Origin: Lytechinus pictus
Lineage: Eukaryota
Assembly (NCBI RefSeq): GCF_037042905.1
Contig: NC_087252.1
Coordinates: 8,620,001 to 8,684,000, forward strand
DNA length: 64,000 bases
Reading direction: 5' to 3'
A program made the position numbers and the translations under genes. Every line of letters begins with the position of its first letter. Position 1 is the stretch's first letter. This document shows, piece after piece, positions 39,268 to 53,797 of this stretch. The notes under the pieces are model-generated. The model was not told the origin of the DNA. It searched no databases and saw nothing but the letters and a program-made list of their open reading frames with translations.

Positions 39268-40225
39268 TTTTTGTCTCACCTGCATAGCAGAGTGAGACTA
39301 TAGGCGCCGCTTTTCCGACGGCGGCGGCGACGGCGGCGTCAACACCAAATCTTAACCTGAGGTTAAGTTTTTGAAATGACAGCATAACTTAGAAAGTATA
39401 TGGACCTAGTTCATGAAACTTGGCCATAAGGTTAATCAAGTATTACTGAACATCCTGCCTGAGTTTCATGTCACATGACCAAGGTCAAAGGTCATTTAGG
39501 GTCAATGAACTTAGACCATGTTGGGGGAATCAACATCAAAATCTTAACCTAAGGTTAAGTTTTTGAAATGTCATCATAACTTAGAAAATATATGGACCTA
39601 GTTCATGAAACTTATACATAAGGTTAATCAAGTATCACTGAACATCCTGCATGAGTTTCACATCACATGACCAAGGTCAAAGGTCATTTAGGGTCAATGA
39701 ACTTTGTCCGAATTGGGGGTATCTGTTGAATTACCATCATAACTTTGAAAGTTTATGGATCTGATTCATGAAACTTGGACATAATAGTAATCAAGTATTA
39801 CTGAACATCCTGTGCAAGTTTCAGGTCACATGATCAAGGTCAAAGGTCATTTAGGGTCAATGAACTTTGGCCAAATTGGGGTATTTGTTGAATTACAGCC
39901 ATGAATTTGAAAGTGTGTTGGTCTAGTTCATAAAACTTGGACATAATAGTAATCAAGTATCACTGAACATCCTGTGCGAGTTTCAGGTCACATGATCAAG
40001 GTCAAAGGTCATGTAAGGTCAAAGAACTTTGGCCACGTTGGGGGTATTTGTTGAATTGCCATCATATCTCTATAAGTGTATTGGTCTAGTTCATAAAACG
40101 TGGAAATAAGAGTAACCAAGTATCACTGAACATCTTGTGCGAGTTATAGTAGTTTTCAAAATCAGCACTGCTGCTATATTGAATCGCGTGATGCAGGTGA
40201 GACGGCCAGAGGCATTGCACTTGTT
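39268..40225 (+). mobile_element. Helentron/HINE-like non-autonomous element with tandem core repeats
   Basis: T-run then subterminal IR GTCTCACCTGCA (39273-84) matched by TGCAGGTGAGAC (40192-203); short 3' hairpin and CTTGTT end; (CGG)n-like microsatellite near 5' end; about 4.7 core units spaced 192, 163 and 162 bp. Confidence 0.85.
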
Positions 40226-42559
40226 AAAAGTTGGTGTGCATTCCCCATTAATAATACATTGTAACAGTTTCATCTTTAAAAGACTCACATTTTCCTTGAA
40301 TGTGTAATTCATTGATCCAAGCATCCCACCGCTGCCACTCATTAATAAAGGAATACCCATTGATTTTATTGACTGTCCTCAGTGGTGAGGTGGGCCAAGA
40401 AATAACAACAATGCCAAACACAAGAATCAAGAACGTTGCTTGTATTGTACTCTGACAGCAGCGATCATTAGCAGAAGATGAATTTAATGATCATGCTCTT
40501 CTTGCGCTAAGCGGGTCAGTTTTGTTCATCAAAAGAGAAAGGTTACTCCAAAGGGAATTTCTTGGTATTGATCAGAAAGTTTGATACCGTTCTACCCTCA
40601 GTGATACTTTCCTTTTAACCTCATTGTTGGCTAATCAAACTACTCATGCAATCAAAGCTGGCCATTTGCATGGATCTGTCCATTTGGTGTTATTACTGAA
40701 TTGTATGTTGACTTTATTGGAAGTGTAGTAGGCACCTGTCATTATGCAAGTAGGCCGACGGACATATTTGGTTGCAGTTTATAGTGGTACGACATGCACA
40801 TTATGTTGCATGTCTTGAGGCATGCCACAAAACAAATTACAATTCAAAAGAAAAAAAATTTCCCTGTCATAATGGAGGATTATTAAATATCTCATGATAC
40901 ATGCCAAATGTGTGCTTGTGCATTAAAAAAAATGTTCACTTCTGTTGTTAAGTCTGAATTTCAAAAGGGATAGTCCTCCACATTTTTGTAGTTTATTTAA
41001 CTTCCCATAAATTTGCCAAACTTCAGCTGAATTTTATATTGTCTCAAAAACGTTTCTGTATGAATTCGTAACATCTTGATCTGTGTGTACACTAATGTAC
41101 TGTGTATGTTTGTGTTTATAAGAACAATAATATGTGTGGGATAAACCTCCCCACTTTGATGCCAACATAAATACCAGCAATTGATACCAGATAGATAATA
41201 GTATGTAGCAGCTCAAAGAGAGCAATCCCTTAAGCATGATCAGCGCCCTCTTGTGGTAAGTTTTTGTATAAAGCTCAGTGCATGCCAGTATCCTGTTCAT
41301 TCAGTGATCATTGTAGGTTTTATCATTCAAAGTCGACTCTCCTCAGTAAAATAATTTCTTTTAATTGTGAAATTGGTAAATAAATCCACAAAATCATTTT
41401 TTATTCATACAATGAACTGGAATCAGCCACAGACACTATTCTAATTTTCTTATTTATTTATTTGTTTGTTTGTTCGTCCATTCATTCATTCATTTATTCA
41501 TTCATTCGTTATTTATTTATTTATTAATTTTATTTTTTTTGGGGGGGGGGATTACCAAAAAAAGAAAAACATTTTAATACTTTTTGCAGTGGAACCACAG
41601 TGATCCATAACCTATGAAAATTGAAAATACCCTATTCTGAGAACGGGTTAGCCTAAACATGATATGAAATTGAATTTTTAATCTATTGTAATAATCTATT
41701 TTTTAAACAGCTGTTGTATTCACTTTTTGGCGAGAATCTTCATTTACTCTGTTTTATTAAAGCCAACATGATATAATATTCTTTTTTGAAGGGCAAGCTT
41801 TTCTTCCCTGGATTTGGAATTTTTCTTTCATTATAATGCGTCTATGAAAGAAAGAAGAAGAGAGAGTGACAGAGAGAGAGAGAAGGGGGGGCACATTTGT
41901 TTTAAGAAAATTATGTTTATATGTACAGTACTTTGTTCGTTTTGGTTTAACTTATTTTGAAAGAAACTTGTCTCCAGACAAAGAAGCTATAAAGAAAGAT
42001 TAATGATGCAGTTATGAACTAAAACTATAAGTTTTTTTCTAATGAGTGGATAATTAACATTGATACTTCATCACTCAATTTTAATCCTTGCTTGCGCTTA
42101 TCTAAAACAAAAGAAAGAGATAGAGAATCATTGCTTTAGAGGATTAGCCAGCGGATTTTCTCATTATATGCAGGAAGTCTTTAACACTTCGAAGATACAT
42201 GTAGTCAAAGAAAATCCAGTTCTCAGGATTTTTGCACATCAATGTGTTAGTTTTCATTCAAGCAGGCTTACAGGGTGTGAAAGAAGCACAATAGTGATAT
42301 GGGGATGAATGAACTTAATATTGATATATCACAATAATTAATGGTGATAACAAAAGTGATATAATTAATGTAATACTAATATTAATATCAACTATATGTT
42401 ATGACAATAACAATAGCTAGTTGGGCTGTATCTAGGCCCACAGTATGGTAAAAAAAACTATTTTACACTCTTCAAGCGTACACATTCCCTTCAACATTAT
42501 CAAACATGCGACCTGAAATAAAAGCAAAAAGCTGAACAAAAACCTCATATGCCTATTAA

Positions 42560-42954
42560 AGAGAAATTCCAGTAGTTGCAGTAAACACTGATTTCATGAG
42601 AAAGTCTGTAAAACCAGGCTTAATTGTCAGTTTATCATCGAGGATCTAGATCTGGTACAGTTACATAAACTGAACTTTGTGAAATCTTGAAATCTACGCT
42701 GAAAAATGTTCAGACTGAACTTCCCCAACACGGATAAGCGCACGTGGGACAGCGTATAATTATTGCTTTGAGCGTCGGGCCCGACGCTCTACCCGAATCT
42801 TGTGCTTATTTGCTGATTTCTCAGCAATTACACAATTTCTTCCAGAATCCTTTGGCACATGCGTTTTATTTATACAAACAAACACTTTGGTGGTCATTTC
42901 ATTGGATTATGTACGAACTCATTTTGTTATCGTTACCAAAACTAGCATTTACCT
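42560..42954 (+). mobile_element. Kolobok-like MITE family C, copy 1
   Basis: TTAA|AGAGAAATTCCAGT...ACTAGCATTTACCT|TTAA; inverted near-identical copy at 56693-57091. Confidence 0.85.
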
Positions 42955-44188
42955 TTAAATCAAAGGCTTTTCTCAGGAAATTGTCTTAATATGTTTGTAT
43001 TCTTTTCAACCAATGTTCTTCATTATTACTGAGAGACATACAGTATCCATATATTCTGTTTCTTTTAAAGGACATAAAAGCCAATGTTTGTCAAAGCTGT
43101 GCGTCATTCCCCAAATACTGATCTACATGTAATTGTTACTTATTAGGGTGTCATGTCATGTGTGAAATCCGAAGGTGAAGTAGGTGAATTCAGAGTTATA
43201 CACACAACTTCAAGGTAAATACAGCATAAAGGCCTACCTGTATAAATATAATTTATATTAAACCAAAATTTAATCATTTAAACCACAAAAAAACATATAT
43301 TGGCTTGAGGAAGTTTTGTGCAATATAGATCATCTCCAGGAGTCATATTTCTTCACAGCTCATGATGCCTCTACAACCCATTCAGCTACATGTAGTTTGA
43401 TATGATGATATATTGATCATCTGTTTTCGTATGTACATATGCATAGTGTACTATAGACTAATGTGTCAATTTTATTGGAGCTAGTGTTTGTTTGAAATTG
43501 AATGTGCATGCAGACTCAATCTTGCCTGATAAGATTTATTAGTCATACTGTACTTGAAGGAATGGATTGTACTTGATATGATATGATTTATTACTTTGCA
43601 CCAGTCAATAGTTCTTGAGACAATAAAGTCAATATTGCCTTGTGATGCGACATGATTGGAACTAGGAAGCAAAGTGCATGTTTATTGGAACGGGTTTTCA
43701 TTGCCTTATCGATGTAGAATCCGAGCTTTCCCGGGGTATGTTTTATGAAGCATCTTGTTGGTAATTTTCAGAGACAAAAAATACTCTTGGACAATCAGAG
43801 GCAAGGATTTCAGTAGCTTGAAACAGTTGTCAGTGAAAACATGTTTCATGATATATGGCAGTATTTTATGCTGGTATAATTGCAGTTTGTACACATACCG
43901 GCCTACATTTTATGCATGTGAAGAGCATACTGGAATTTGTCTGTGTTTTGGCATCATCAGGAAAGTGTAGAGAACTTGTTTGAAACATCAAAACCCCATC
44001 CACGGGACATATGTTCATGTAGGGGCAGTCATAATTGTCCATTGATTAGAACATCTTGTTTTGACTTTTGAAGAGTTCAGGGAGTTTTGCAACCTCAGAA
44101 AGGACATAGCCAGTATTAGCCACAGGGACTGGTGAACCGAAGAACAATTTTTTTTATAGTGTTAGAACAAGTGTTGTTATTGTTGATC

Positions 44189-44233
44189 ATGCCTAAGATA
44201 TGGTGTCTGTCTTGTCTGCATCACCAAGATGAG
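44189..44233 (+). CDS. DIXDC1: Candidate alternative first coding exon (MPKIWCLSCLHHQDE)
   Basis: atcATG, 15 codons, consensus donor GAG|GTGAGT at 44234, phase 0. Confidence 0.5.
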
Positions 44234-46769
44234 GTGAGTACTGTGAAAATGATTTGTAAGGTGAAATTCAGAGATTTATTAGGATTTTTTATTTAAAAAA
44301 ATAGAACTGGTAAATGGCAAAATTTCACCACACAGTGTATGTAGGTAAAGATGAGATTGGAATTCAATGTATCCAGTGTAATTCAAATAATTTACTATAC
44401 TAGCTACAAACAGTCTTTTTTATTTTGAATTGTTTAGAACTGAAAGAATATAAGTTTTCTTTTATCGCCATGGTTATATGTTATCCAAAGCATGAAGAAG
44501 AATTCAGATTGTCTCTTCCATTTCCTGTTTTAATTATTCCATTCTGCTTTCTTCCATTGTGTAATATTCCATGGTTCTGTGGTTTTATTGTGGGTGCGCT
44601 GCATGCGTTTCAGCTTTGAATTTAATTGAGGTGAAAAGTTTACCTTCATTCTGAGTTGTAATTATGGTGATCATAAGGGTGATTCATTATATGTGGGTCT
44701 CAGTTTCATAAACTTGTTATCGTTACAAATTGGCAATAGATAAACGCTACTAAAAATCATTCAATTTGATTTGCTGATCATGGCTAACTTGTAGGCCTAT
44801 TAAATTTTGCATTTGTTGTCCAAGCCTTTTGAAAATACATGCAGGGCCCTGACTGAGTGAATGCATGTTTGTTAGGCTACAGACTCACCAACGACGTACA
44901 TTCAAACCAGGAAAAAAATTACACGGGGGCTCGGGTTGACTGCCCCCAAAATGTTCAAAAGAAACCTGGAAAGTGAAAAAAAAAAAGAGCCCTGGGAAAT
45001 TCCCATTCACTGCAAAGTCAAAGCTTCTCCAATGTTGCACATTCTTTGAGTACATTGGGAGAAGTAGGCCCCACTCCCCCCCCCAAACAAAAATAAAATA
45101 AAGGGGGAAAAATGGCCTGATTTTAACTGACTGATATTGATGGTGGATGGTCTGTCATTGGAAATAGTGATGGCATATGACTAGATTTTGATGTTCTGAA
45201 GTTGATTTTGCCTTTCGTTTGTTCCTTAAAATACACGCCTTCCCCAAACATGTATGGTATGTGCAGAAACATTTCTGAAATGGGAATATTTGGCAGCACA
45301 TATATCTGTAATCAGTTTTTGAGAGGGAATTTTCCTCTTTCGTGTTGGGTCTTATTCATTGAAAAATATTTCATCTAAGGGATAAGCTGATTATCATTTG
45401 CCAAATTGTGTTTTTTCAGATATTAATGAATATGTAGGGGAAGCAGCGATGGATTCCTGAAAATACATTTTCTAAATCATTTTGAGACAGACTTAATGCT
45501 TTAACACTGTACTCTAGTAAAGAGAAAGAATTATCCAGCGTCTGTCTCTAAAAAAAGACAAAATTCAAATATTGAATAATGAAAAGCAGTTTGCAAAATT
45601 TGCTGGTTGTTTCGTGCCTATATTCAATCATAATAAATCAAATTGATACCAACTTTCATTATATTCCAATGACATCTATCTTTCAAACAACCATTATAAA
45701 GTAGTCTTATCAAATTATTTTTTCTCTTTGTGATAGATCTGATAAATCATATCCGCCTACTATCAAAGTAAATTGTAAAAAAGTCTTTGTTAAATTATTT
45801 TTCATTGACATTTGACACATACACAGTACATGTACAGTCACAAGTACTCTTGCAAAATAAAGTTATTCAAATTTGATATTCAAGTTAATAATTCATGTGA
45901 AAATATATCCAAATTGCATGCCATTTTATTTCTTTCTCTTAATGAAATTTTCTTTACCGAACATTTTTCAAAGGCGTGCTATTTTGGAGTTTGGTTTGGT
46001 CCAAACAACAAGGCAGCAGTCACGATTTCTCTTATCAATAAAAATCAGATGCTGGTATCATGAAAAATAAAACAAAATGGTAGTGAATACATTTGTACAG
46101 ACAAGGAGATGTGGAAAGAAAAAAAATTAACAAGGAAAGATGAATAAGAGAGAGATTAAGAGATGGTGAGGCTGGTGAAAAAAATCCTTTTTTGTTCTGC
46201 TCTGCTCCTTTTTTTTGCAAGTGGATTTTTTTATCTTTTTGCCGTAAATGTAGCTCTGAAAATGGTTTCATTTTCGTCCTAGGGACAAATGGTGACATTG
46301 TATAGCCAATCTTACCGATTAACGTTGAACTTTATACAGAATGTAACGTTACGGATCGTTAACATTCAACAACAGGTTTGATCATGTCATCGAACATGGC
46401 TCAGTAACCTTCATGGATTCTTCTAAGTCTTCAAACAGGCTGTTTCCAACTAGAATGCTCAAAATTAGGATTAAAAAAGGAAACAAATTGCCAAGATAGG
46501 AGCAATATTAGCCCCAATATTTAGAAAACCTTGTTTGCAACTTTTTAACATTCAACAGACATGAACCGTATGCACAAAATCATTTAAATTCACTTCAAAC
46601 ATAAATTAAAATGTGTCCTTGTAGCAACTTGGGCACTTTGCTCCTTGCCTCCACAAGCAATGTACAAGTCCATGATATTTTCTTGAATATTTTTGCCAAA
46701 ATTACCACATCCCCACCCCCAGAATAATGTAACGTGTATATATCGCCAAATACAATGTTTCTTAGGGCC

Positions 46770-46985
46770 ACATACTATTTCCCCATCTTTAGCATAGATT
46801 AGGTGCCCGAGCATTCAAGGAATTCCTTCCTACTGGGTAGTGGGTACCTTTTTACTACACCTGGGTGGAGAGTGCCAAATGTAGATAAATGCCTCAAGTT
46901 ACAAAGGGCGTGAGTGCCACAGAGGGATTCAAACCTCGGTCCTTGTGGTTCAAAGTCCGGAAGCATATCCTCAGAGCCACAACAA
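46770..46985 (-). mobile_element. Degenerate tRNA-derived SINE
   Basis: Minus strand shows ggactttgaaccacaagg...ggtttgaatccc (B box) and ccacccaggtgtagtaaaaaggtacc core; related to 63530-63636. Confidence 0.7.
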
Positions 46986-49900
46986 CAACTCTACAATAAA
47001 CAAAATAAATATATACATATATTTACAAATATATTTGTCAATAGTTGAAAGGAGACTGCTAGGTCACAGATTTTATGGTTTTGTGGATTTTCTGGAGTAA
47101 TTTTTTTCCCTTCTTTTTCTACCTAAAAAAAAAGAGCACAGGTCCATGAACGTGTAATTCAGGAGAAAGAGCGCTATTTCAAATTCTTTATTGAATCAAA
47201 GTCAGTTCGAAGGTTGATGAGCAATTAGGCATGACAAAAAATGCTTTATTTAGTGTTGTTTGTTTGTGATTTGAATTGTAGTGTAAGGAGAATCTACTTT
47301 GAGTATTTCACACAGGGAGAAATGCATACACATACATTTTTTATTTTTGTAAAGAACATTGAATTTTATCTTCATTTTAGGAAAATAAGAAACGTTTCAA
47401 TATTCATTTAGAATTTTCTAAGATGCAATGGTACACATGCCCATGAAGATTTTATTCTTTAAAAATGATATGAAAGGGAATCAAGGGATACAGTTTGTGT
47501 AATTTTAAAGTTACACCAAGCTGCTCTTGACTCAGTTGAGGTGCATCAGTTCTGGCGGAACAATTCCTAAAGAAGCCGTGAACACTGAAATCGGTATAGG
47601 AGCGTCTTGAGCATATGTATGCCCAATGTCAGATAAACAATTACACAGGGCGGGGAGCAAATTTGCCCCTGATGTGCCCGAAAGATCCCTGGAAAACTAT
47701 GAAAAGACAGCTAATTGTAAGTTGTATATGTTTTTGATTGATATTTCTCCACCAATGTAATTGATACTTGCAAGGTGTTGAGAGGGACATATCTGGCACT
47801 CACAAGCAAAGAGAACATATAGGATGATGGTTCGTCTGAATGTTTCCTCACATTTATTCTACTCCTATTCTCTCAAATACATGTCTGGAGTCTGAACTGG
47901 GTTTTGAAGTCAATATAAAGAGGTGTTGATGGATGGTTTACACTATGGATTAAATCTAGAGGAAAGGATTTCTCTTTGTCAATCTAAGGATCAACTTGAT
48001 TGTTAGGATTTGAATTTAGGAATGTGCTGGTATTGCTGTAGTATCAAATCGGTTTCGGTCATAGGGCTGAACTATGGGAATATTCGATACAATGATTATT
48101 CCTTTGGCTTTGATTTCCCACCAAGCCTACTGAGTTTTTAATATTGCTGTCACATGATAGTCCAGTTTGTTCTGCACCTGTAAATTAGTAACAGCAACAT
48201 TATTTGGAACATCAACTTGGTAGTCTGGTAGTCGGCATTTTAACTTCATGTGTTGGTAGAGGCTGTAATAATGTAAACATTTAGTTTGTTATCAAACAAG
48301 GTCTTCTGTGAAGTCAAATTTGGTTTCTGGATTATAAACAAGTAATTTTCAGACAAGAGAACATGTATGTAGTGTAACATGGTTCTAAATGTGTGTTTTT
48401 TGTTTCAATGGGCATTTTATACCAAGGAATTGTGCAGGCCTACATCCATGGAAATACCGTGAGAGTTTTTAAAGTGGGTGGATCTAGAGCCTTACATCTG
48501 GAGTATAAATGTTGGCAAACTGTTGGCCAAAAAGTTCTGCCTTAAGTTGAGTAACAGTTGGATTGTTGAACAAGGCTGTGCAGCGTAGTCTTGAACTAAT
48601 GATGCGTTCTACTTTTGTGCATTTTCATGATTGTGTATGTTTGCAATACCAGTAACTTCCTGTGGATAAGCTTTTCATTGTTTTTCATTTTATTTGAAAA
48701 AAAAATTGCTGCATGGATTAATGCTCAGAATATCAAGGAGATTTGGCCATCTTCCCACACATTAAATGTGGGAGGAGAAAGAAAGGCTTGTCTGATTGAC
48801 CTTTTAATATTTCAGTGCTGCATCCATCAGCAGGGTTTTTTAATCTGACAAAAACTTTTTTTCATAGTGTTTGATTTAATTTGCAATGGTTTGGCTTGAA
48901 ATATTTAAAGGTATATCATCTTCGTTGAAAATAAATTTTACACGCTTCCAGTGGCAGTCTTTTGTGTTTGCGCTGAAAATTTTGATTCATGTTTGTGATC
49001 ATGGCTTAGAAAAGCAACTGAACACACCCCAGAGAGGTTGCTGAAGCTGATGAAATAATCATTAACTTCATGGATGAAAATCTGCAGTACTTTGGCTTGA
49101 AACCTGCCTCAAGTGACAGTCTATATTTTGTTTGCACTGAAAATTTGGATTCGTGGCTTTTCGAAAAATTATCTGAACACACCCTGAGAGTGTAGGCTGA
49201 ACCTGATAATATATTGCTATCAATCATGTTCACTCTCTGCTGTAAGGTGGCAGACGTTTACACCATTCAGCACAGCGCAGCTGTCTCAAGCATTCTATCG
49301 TTTCAATTCAGCGAGCTACATGTGAGGAACTATCGATGCTTCCCTTTGTCGTCACCGCTGAGCATGTGTGTTGTGTCTGGAGAAATGGATCTACATGTAG
49401 CAATGTCAAGTTGATAAACCAATGTATTGCTCTACTAAATTTACCCTTTGTGATGAATGGTACAAATGCCCTTTCTGCTTGAAAATTAAAATCATTCTTT
49501 TAGACAACTATTTGATAAACATTTAAATAGATTTTCTATAACTTTACTTAACATGTTTGTTTTGAAAGCTGTATTAAGAGAAGCACTGTCTGAATGATAT
49601 GATTTTTTGGTTTGAAATCAGTGGATTTTATTACATTTTTCTGGGATTCTCGCTCTGCATACGTGAATATAAACTTCTACAATTTATGTGCATACATGTG
49701 TTTTTAAAATGTATTTTGGTTTGCAATTGCTTTGGAAAGCAGTGAGGGGATGAAGATTTGTTATGAAAAATAATAATCTGCAGCCGTCTCCTTTAATAGG
49801 AATATAATAATTGGACGTGGCATGGCTGGAGTGCACAAATTAGTTGCTACTTGGTGTGTAATTAATTGGCTTCTGAGACTCCCAGTGCTCCAACCAGCTG

Positions 49901-51851
49901 ATCTCACAAACTAACCAACCACAGCCAACGGATGCACTGAGCAGTGCACTTGAACCTGGTTGTACAGAGCGTATGGTTCTCCGCTTAATGCAAGATTCAG
50001 ACGGAGTGTGTCTGGCTGGCGTGAGCGTGAAATTGTGCAAGCGTTATGAGGACAAATGAGATACAGTCTGTCGACTGGATAGTGGAAACATACATGCTGC
50101 GGATGGAAACGCATGAATCTTAAACCTGCGAGATGTAGTCTGAGGATAAACCAATCCAAAGGAATATCTTCCCTGTCATTGTTTATTACTACTAACTTCG
50201 ATGTGGATTATGAACCCGTGTAGCTACATCCAGTACATGTGTCAGCATCAGTTGATTAGATGCTCGTTGTACATGTATGTATTGATTCATCGCTCAAATA
50301 TTCAGACAGAGCGCTTGCACATCCTCCGGCATGGATGCTTAATGAATCCAGCTGCTCGCATCTCTCTCTCCTCTTGTCCTAGATTATGATGGAAGTGTGC
50401 CTCTACTATCCATCTCACATGTAAACTTGATTTGCTCTCTGACACTCTGATATTTGCATGATTGAAGGGTGGTCAGAGGGTCAGCTCCGGTTTTGTATGT
50501 GACCTTGATGCAAGGAGGGGGCAGCAGCGAAAGGAAGCGATGACGTGGAACTGATCTTCGGCTATCTACATTAGATGGCAACTTGTTTTGATTTGTACAG
50601 GTTTATATTGCTCTGTTGTTATCCGTTGTCTTACTGATGTATATTACTGGAATCATTTTTTGTGCATAAAAAGATCCACTCATTCAACCTGGACTTCAAG
50701 CAAGATCCTTCAAAATTTAAGCCTTTAAACATCTTATCAACGACAGCGAATGTTATCCGATTTCCTTCAATGTTGACTTGAATCCTCTTGATGTATATAT
50801 TTTTTTCATTGGTGTTGATTCATTTTCTCATTTGACTGTTCAGGGTTTTGTACAGCTTGCGAAATTCTATTCTTGATAGCAGAGGTTCATTGTACCGCTG
50901 TTGGTAATTCTGTTGAATCACTGTAGATTTGTGATTTTTTAACATAATTACATCCACTTCATGTACACAGGTGTAAATGTGTTGTAGCTCAAGGACATTT
51001 TTATGTAATTCCTTTTTTTTTTGCTCCCATGCACCCGGAAAGATATCATCAAGGTTTATGCAATATATTGGCTCTCAAGTGTTTAATTACCTCAAAATCT
51101 AGTTTCACATGTATCCCATATCGCTTGAAGCTGAAGCCTTTGGCTGTACAAAAATAGCGGAGTCTGCACAGCTGTAATTTTACATACATGTATTAGACCT
51201 GCTTGAGACCATTGACTGAAAGGAATCTACATGTGTATGGCTTATTAAGAACCATACAAACTCAAAACAAGGAAGTGATTATCTAAAGAGGAAATGGTGT
51301 ATGAATATTTGAATTGATAATACTATTTTAATATCTCTGAGGAAATGGTTTAAGGAGGAAGGAGGATTCCCTTTTAGAGGTGATTTCTTGCTGTTTTTTA
51401 TGATCAAGAAATAATTGATTTCCTTTTATTTGACAATCCGCATGAATTGGGATAATTTGTTTGATTGTTCAGAAGATAGAAGGCATGCAGCACCAGCAAC
51501 ATTTGAGAAATATATAGATGAACTTTTGAGATGAGTTCATTGTACAGCTTTTTAAATATAAAACCATTTTGACATCAAATTCAACTTCACCAGATTTTCA
51601 TCAACTCGGTGAATGAACTGAAGTGGAGCCACTTTGAACAAACTCATTGAAAGAACACCTTTTATACCTTTCGGCATCTTTATAATCTGTGCATACATGC
51701 ACTTGTGCATTGTATGTCCTCGCAGCATTGTTTGATCATAAACTGTGAGCCAATTACCGTTTATCGCGACTGTCTTCGACCTAAATCAAGAAGCACTTTA
51801 GGGACTCTTTTTCCATAACTCGGTCCCATCTTCTTGATCAGTACTGCAAAC

Positions 51852-52013
51852 ATGGCGTGTGAATTCCACATATCTGGGAGCGAGTCCTCATGTAGCCTGC
51901 GCTTAGAGCAGCCACGACCGACAAACAACAGAACATCGCAACTCTTAGCGCTTCTGAGAGACTTGGTGCTCAAGCGATGGGAGGTGCTGTATGCTTGGCA
52001 GATTTATCAAGAG
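51852..52013 (+). CDS. DIXDC1: Candidate alternative first coding exon (MACEFHISGSESSCSLRLEQPRPTNNRTSQLLALLRDLVLKRWEVLYAWQIYQE)
   Basis: Optimal aaacATGG context, 54 open codons with raised GC and protein-like composition, GAG|GTAGGT donor at 52014, phase 0. Confidence 0.6.
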
Positions 52014-52468
52014 GTAGGTTTGATCTGGGTTCAGTGACACAAAGGTTAGCAATTAATCGTACGCTTCATTTCCGCGATTGATTGTAAATTGTAGTCAATG
52101 CAATCAATCATAGAAAAATGATCTACAATCATTGCTAAGCTTTGTTTTACGGGCCCTTAGTCAGAATAAGGTTCTATATTTTGTTAAACGTCATTATTGC
52201 AGCCGTACTGACTTGAAGAATGAAGTGAAAGTAGGCCAACTTAAAAAGGCTTATGATATTTCTTACACATCTGGGAAGGGGTATGGGGCACTTAACTTTT
52301 AGGCCAGTGTCATGTGAGTGACGAAGCAGGTTGTTATAATCACTTTTAATAGATATATACTTTTTAGTCGAGTATTCATCCTTTCATGTATTTCAGCATA
52401 ACTTTTTTTTTTCATTTCTTCCCCCACATACATGTACAACTTCATCAAAGAATGTATTTCACATAAAA

Positions 52469-53039
52469 AGGAGAAGTCCACCCCAACCAGAAGTTGATTT
52501 GAATAGAAAGAGAAAAATCTGCGAAGCAGAACATTGAAAATTTCATCAAAATCGGATGTAAAATAAGAAAGTTATGACATTTTAAAGTTTCGCTTAATTT
52601 CACACAACAGTCCTATGTACATCCTGGTTGGTATGCAAATGAGGAGACTGATGATGTCATCCACTATTTCTTTTGTATTACATGAAATATTCTCATTTTA
52701 TTCTCATTGTCAAGTGAAACAACGATTAATTTCTCCCTAAACATCTGGAATCAGTTCAGTCAAGTTGGTCCTTATTGTCAAATCTGTAAAAAATGAAATA
52801 TTGTATAATTCAAACAATAAAAAAAAACAAGAAAAAGTATTAAAGGGACATCATCGTCTGTCTCATTTACATGTCACTGAGTTGTGCATATCACTGCTTT
52901 GTGAAAAATATAAAGCGAAATTTTAAATGTCATAACGTTCTTATTTTAAATCCAATTTTGATGAAATTTTCAGCGTTCTGCTAGTTTGATTTTTCTCTAT
53001 TTATTCAAATCAACATTTTTTCTGGGGTGGACTTGACCT
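52469..53039 (-). mobile_element. Kolobok-like MITE family A, copy 2 (inverted)
   Basis: Ends GGGGTGGACTTGACCT|TTAA; reverse-complement homology to 16379-16977. Confidence 0.85.
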
Positions 53040-53797
53040 TTAATACAGACCAAATGGGAAAATGCTTGTATTGCGATCTAATTAACAGAAAAAAAATTTT
53101 TCTTTGAATTATGGTTTTTTTTCTTCAGACAAATTTTCCTTGCATCATTGGCATACTTATCCAGGAAAAATAAACCTTTTTTGTGGTTAGGCTTGTAGAG
53201 CGAATCCATTCATATGCAACAGAGTTTGGGAACTGCATAATGTAGCAAATGATGATCACATCTTGGCATTTAGATTTAATACCACATGTTTTCCTCCACT
53301 GACCAATCAATTTTCTCATTGCTGCCAGGCATGTATCCAATTACATGTACATGCTCTTGCTTCACATGTAGGGCCTACTTGCTTTAAACCTTCCTTTTTG
53401 ATATTTTACTTTTTTCGTTCAGCATTCTGAATTGCATTGATTAGTACCATGCATTCTGTGAAATTTCCTCTCTCTATTTATTGGACATCTTTGATAATAT
53501 ATATTTTGCTACTGTGTATGTATGTGTACTGGAGTGATTGCGATGTATAATTGGAGCGTGGAAGTAATAATGGTTGAATCACAAACATGATACTGAGATG
53601 ATTATAATTATCATTTATAACAATCTTGAATATAATATAATGATAAAAGCGATGGTGCTCTCCTTGAATGTAACTGTTCATGTAAATGATGTAATCCTTT
53701 AAGGGCTTATTTTGAACTTGTTTGGAATAAGGAATTGCACACCCAGTTTGTCAGATTGTCAATGCATGGAGGTATTGGTATTTATAACTCCATAATC

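Noticed and set aside
43153..43214. ATG...AAG|GTAAAT mini-ORF
   Set aside because: 62 nt, phase 2, so out of frame with the CH exon.
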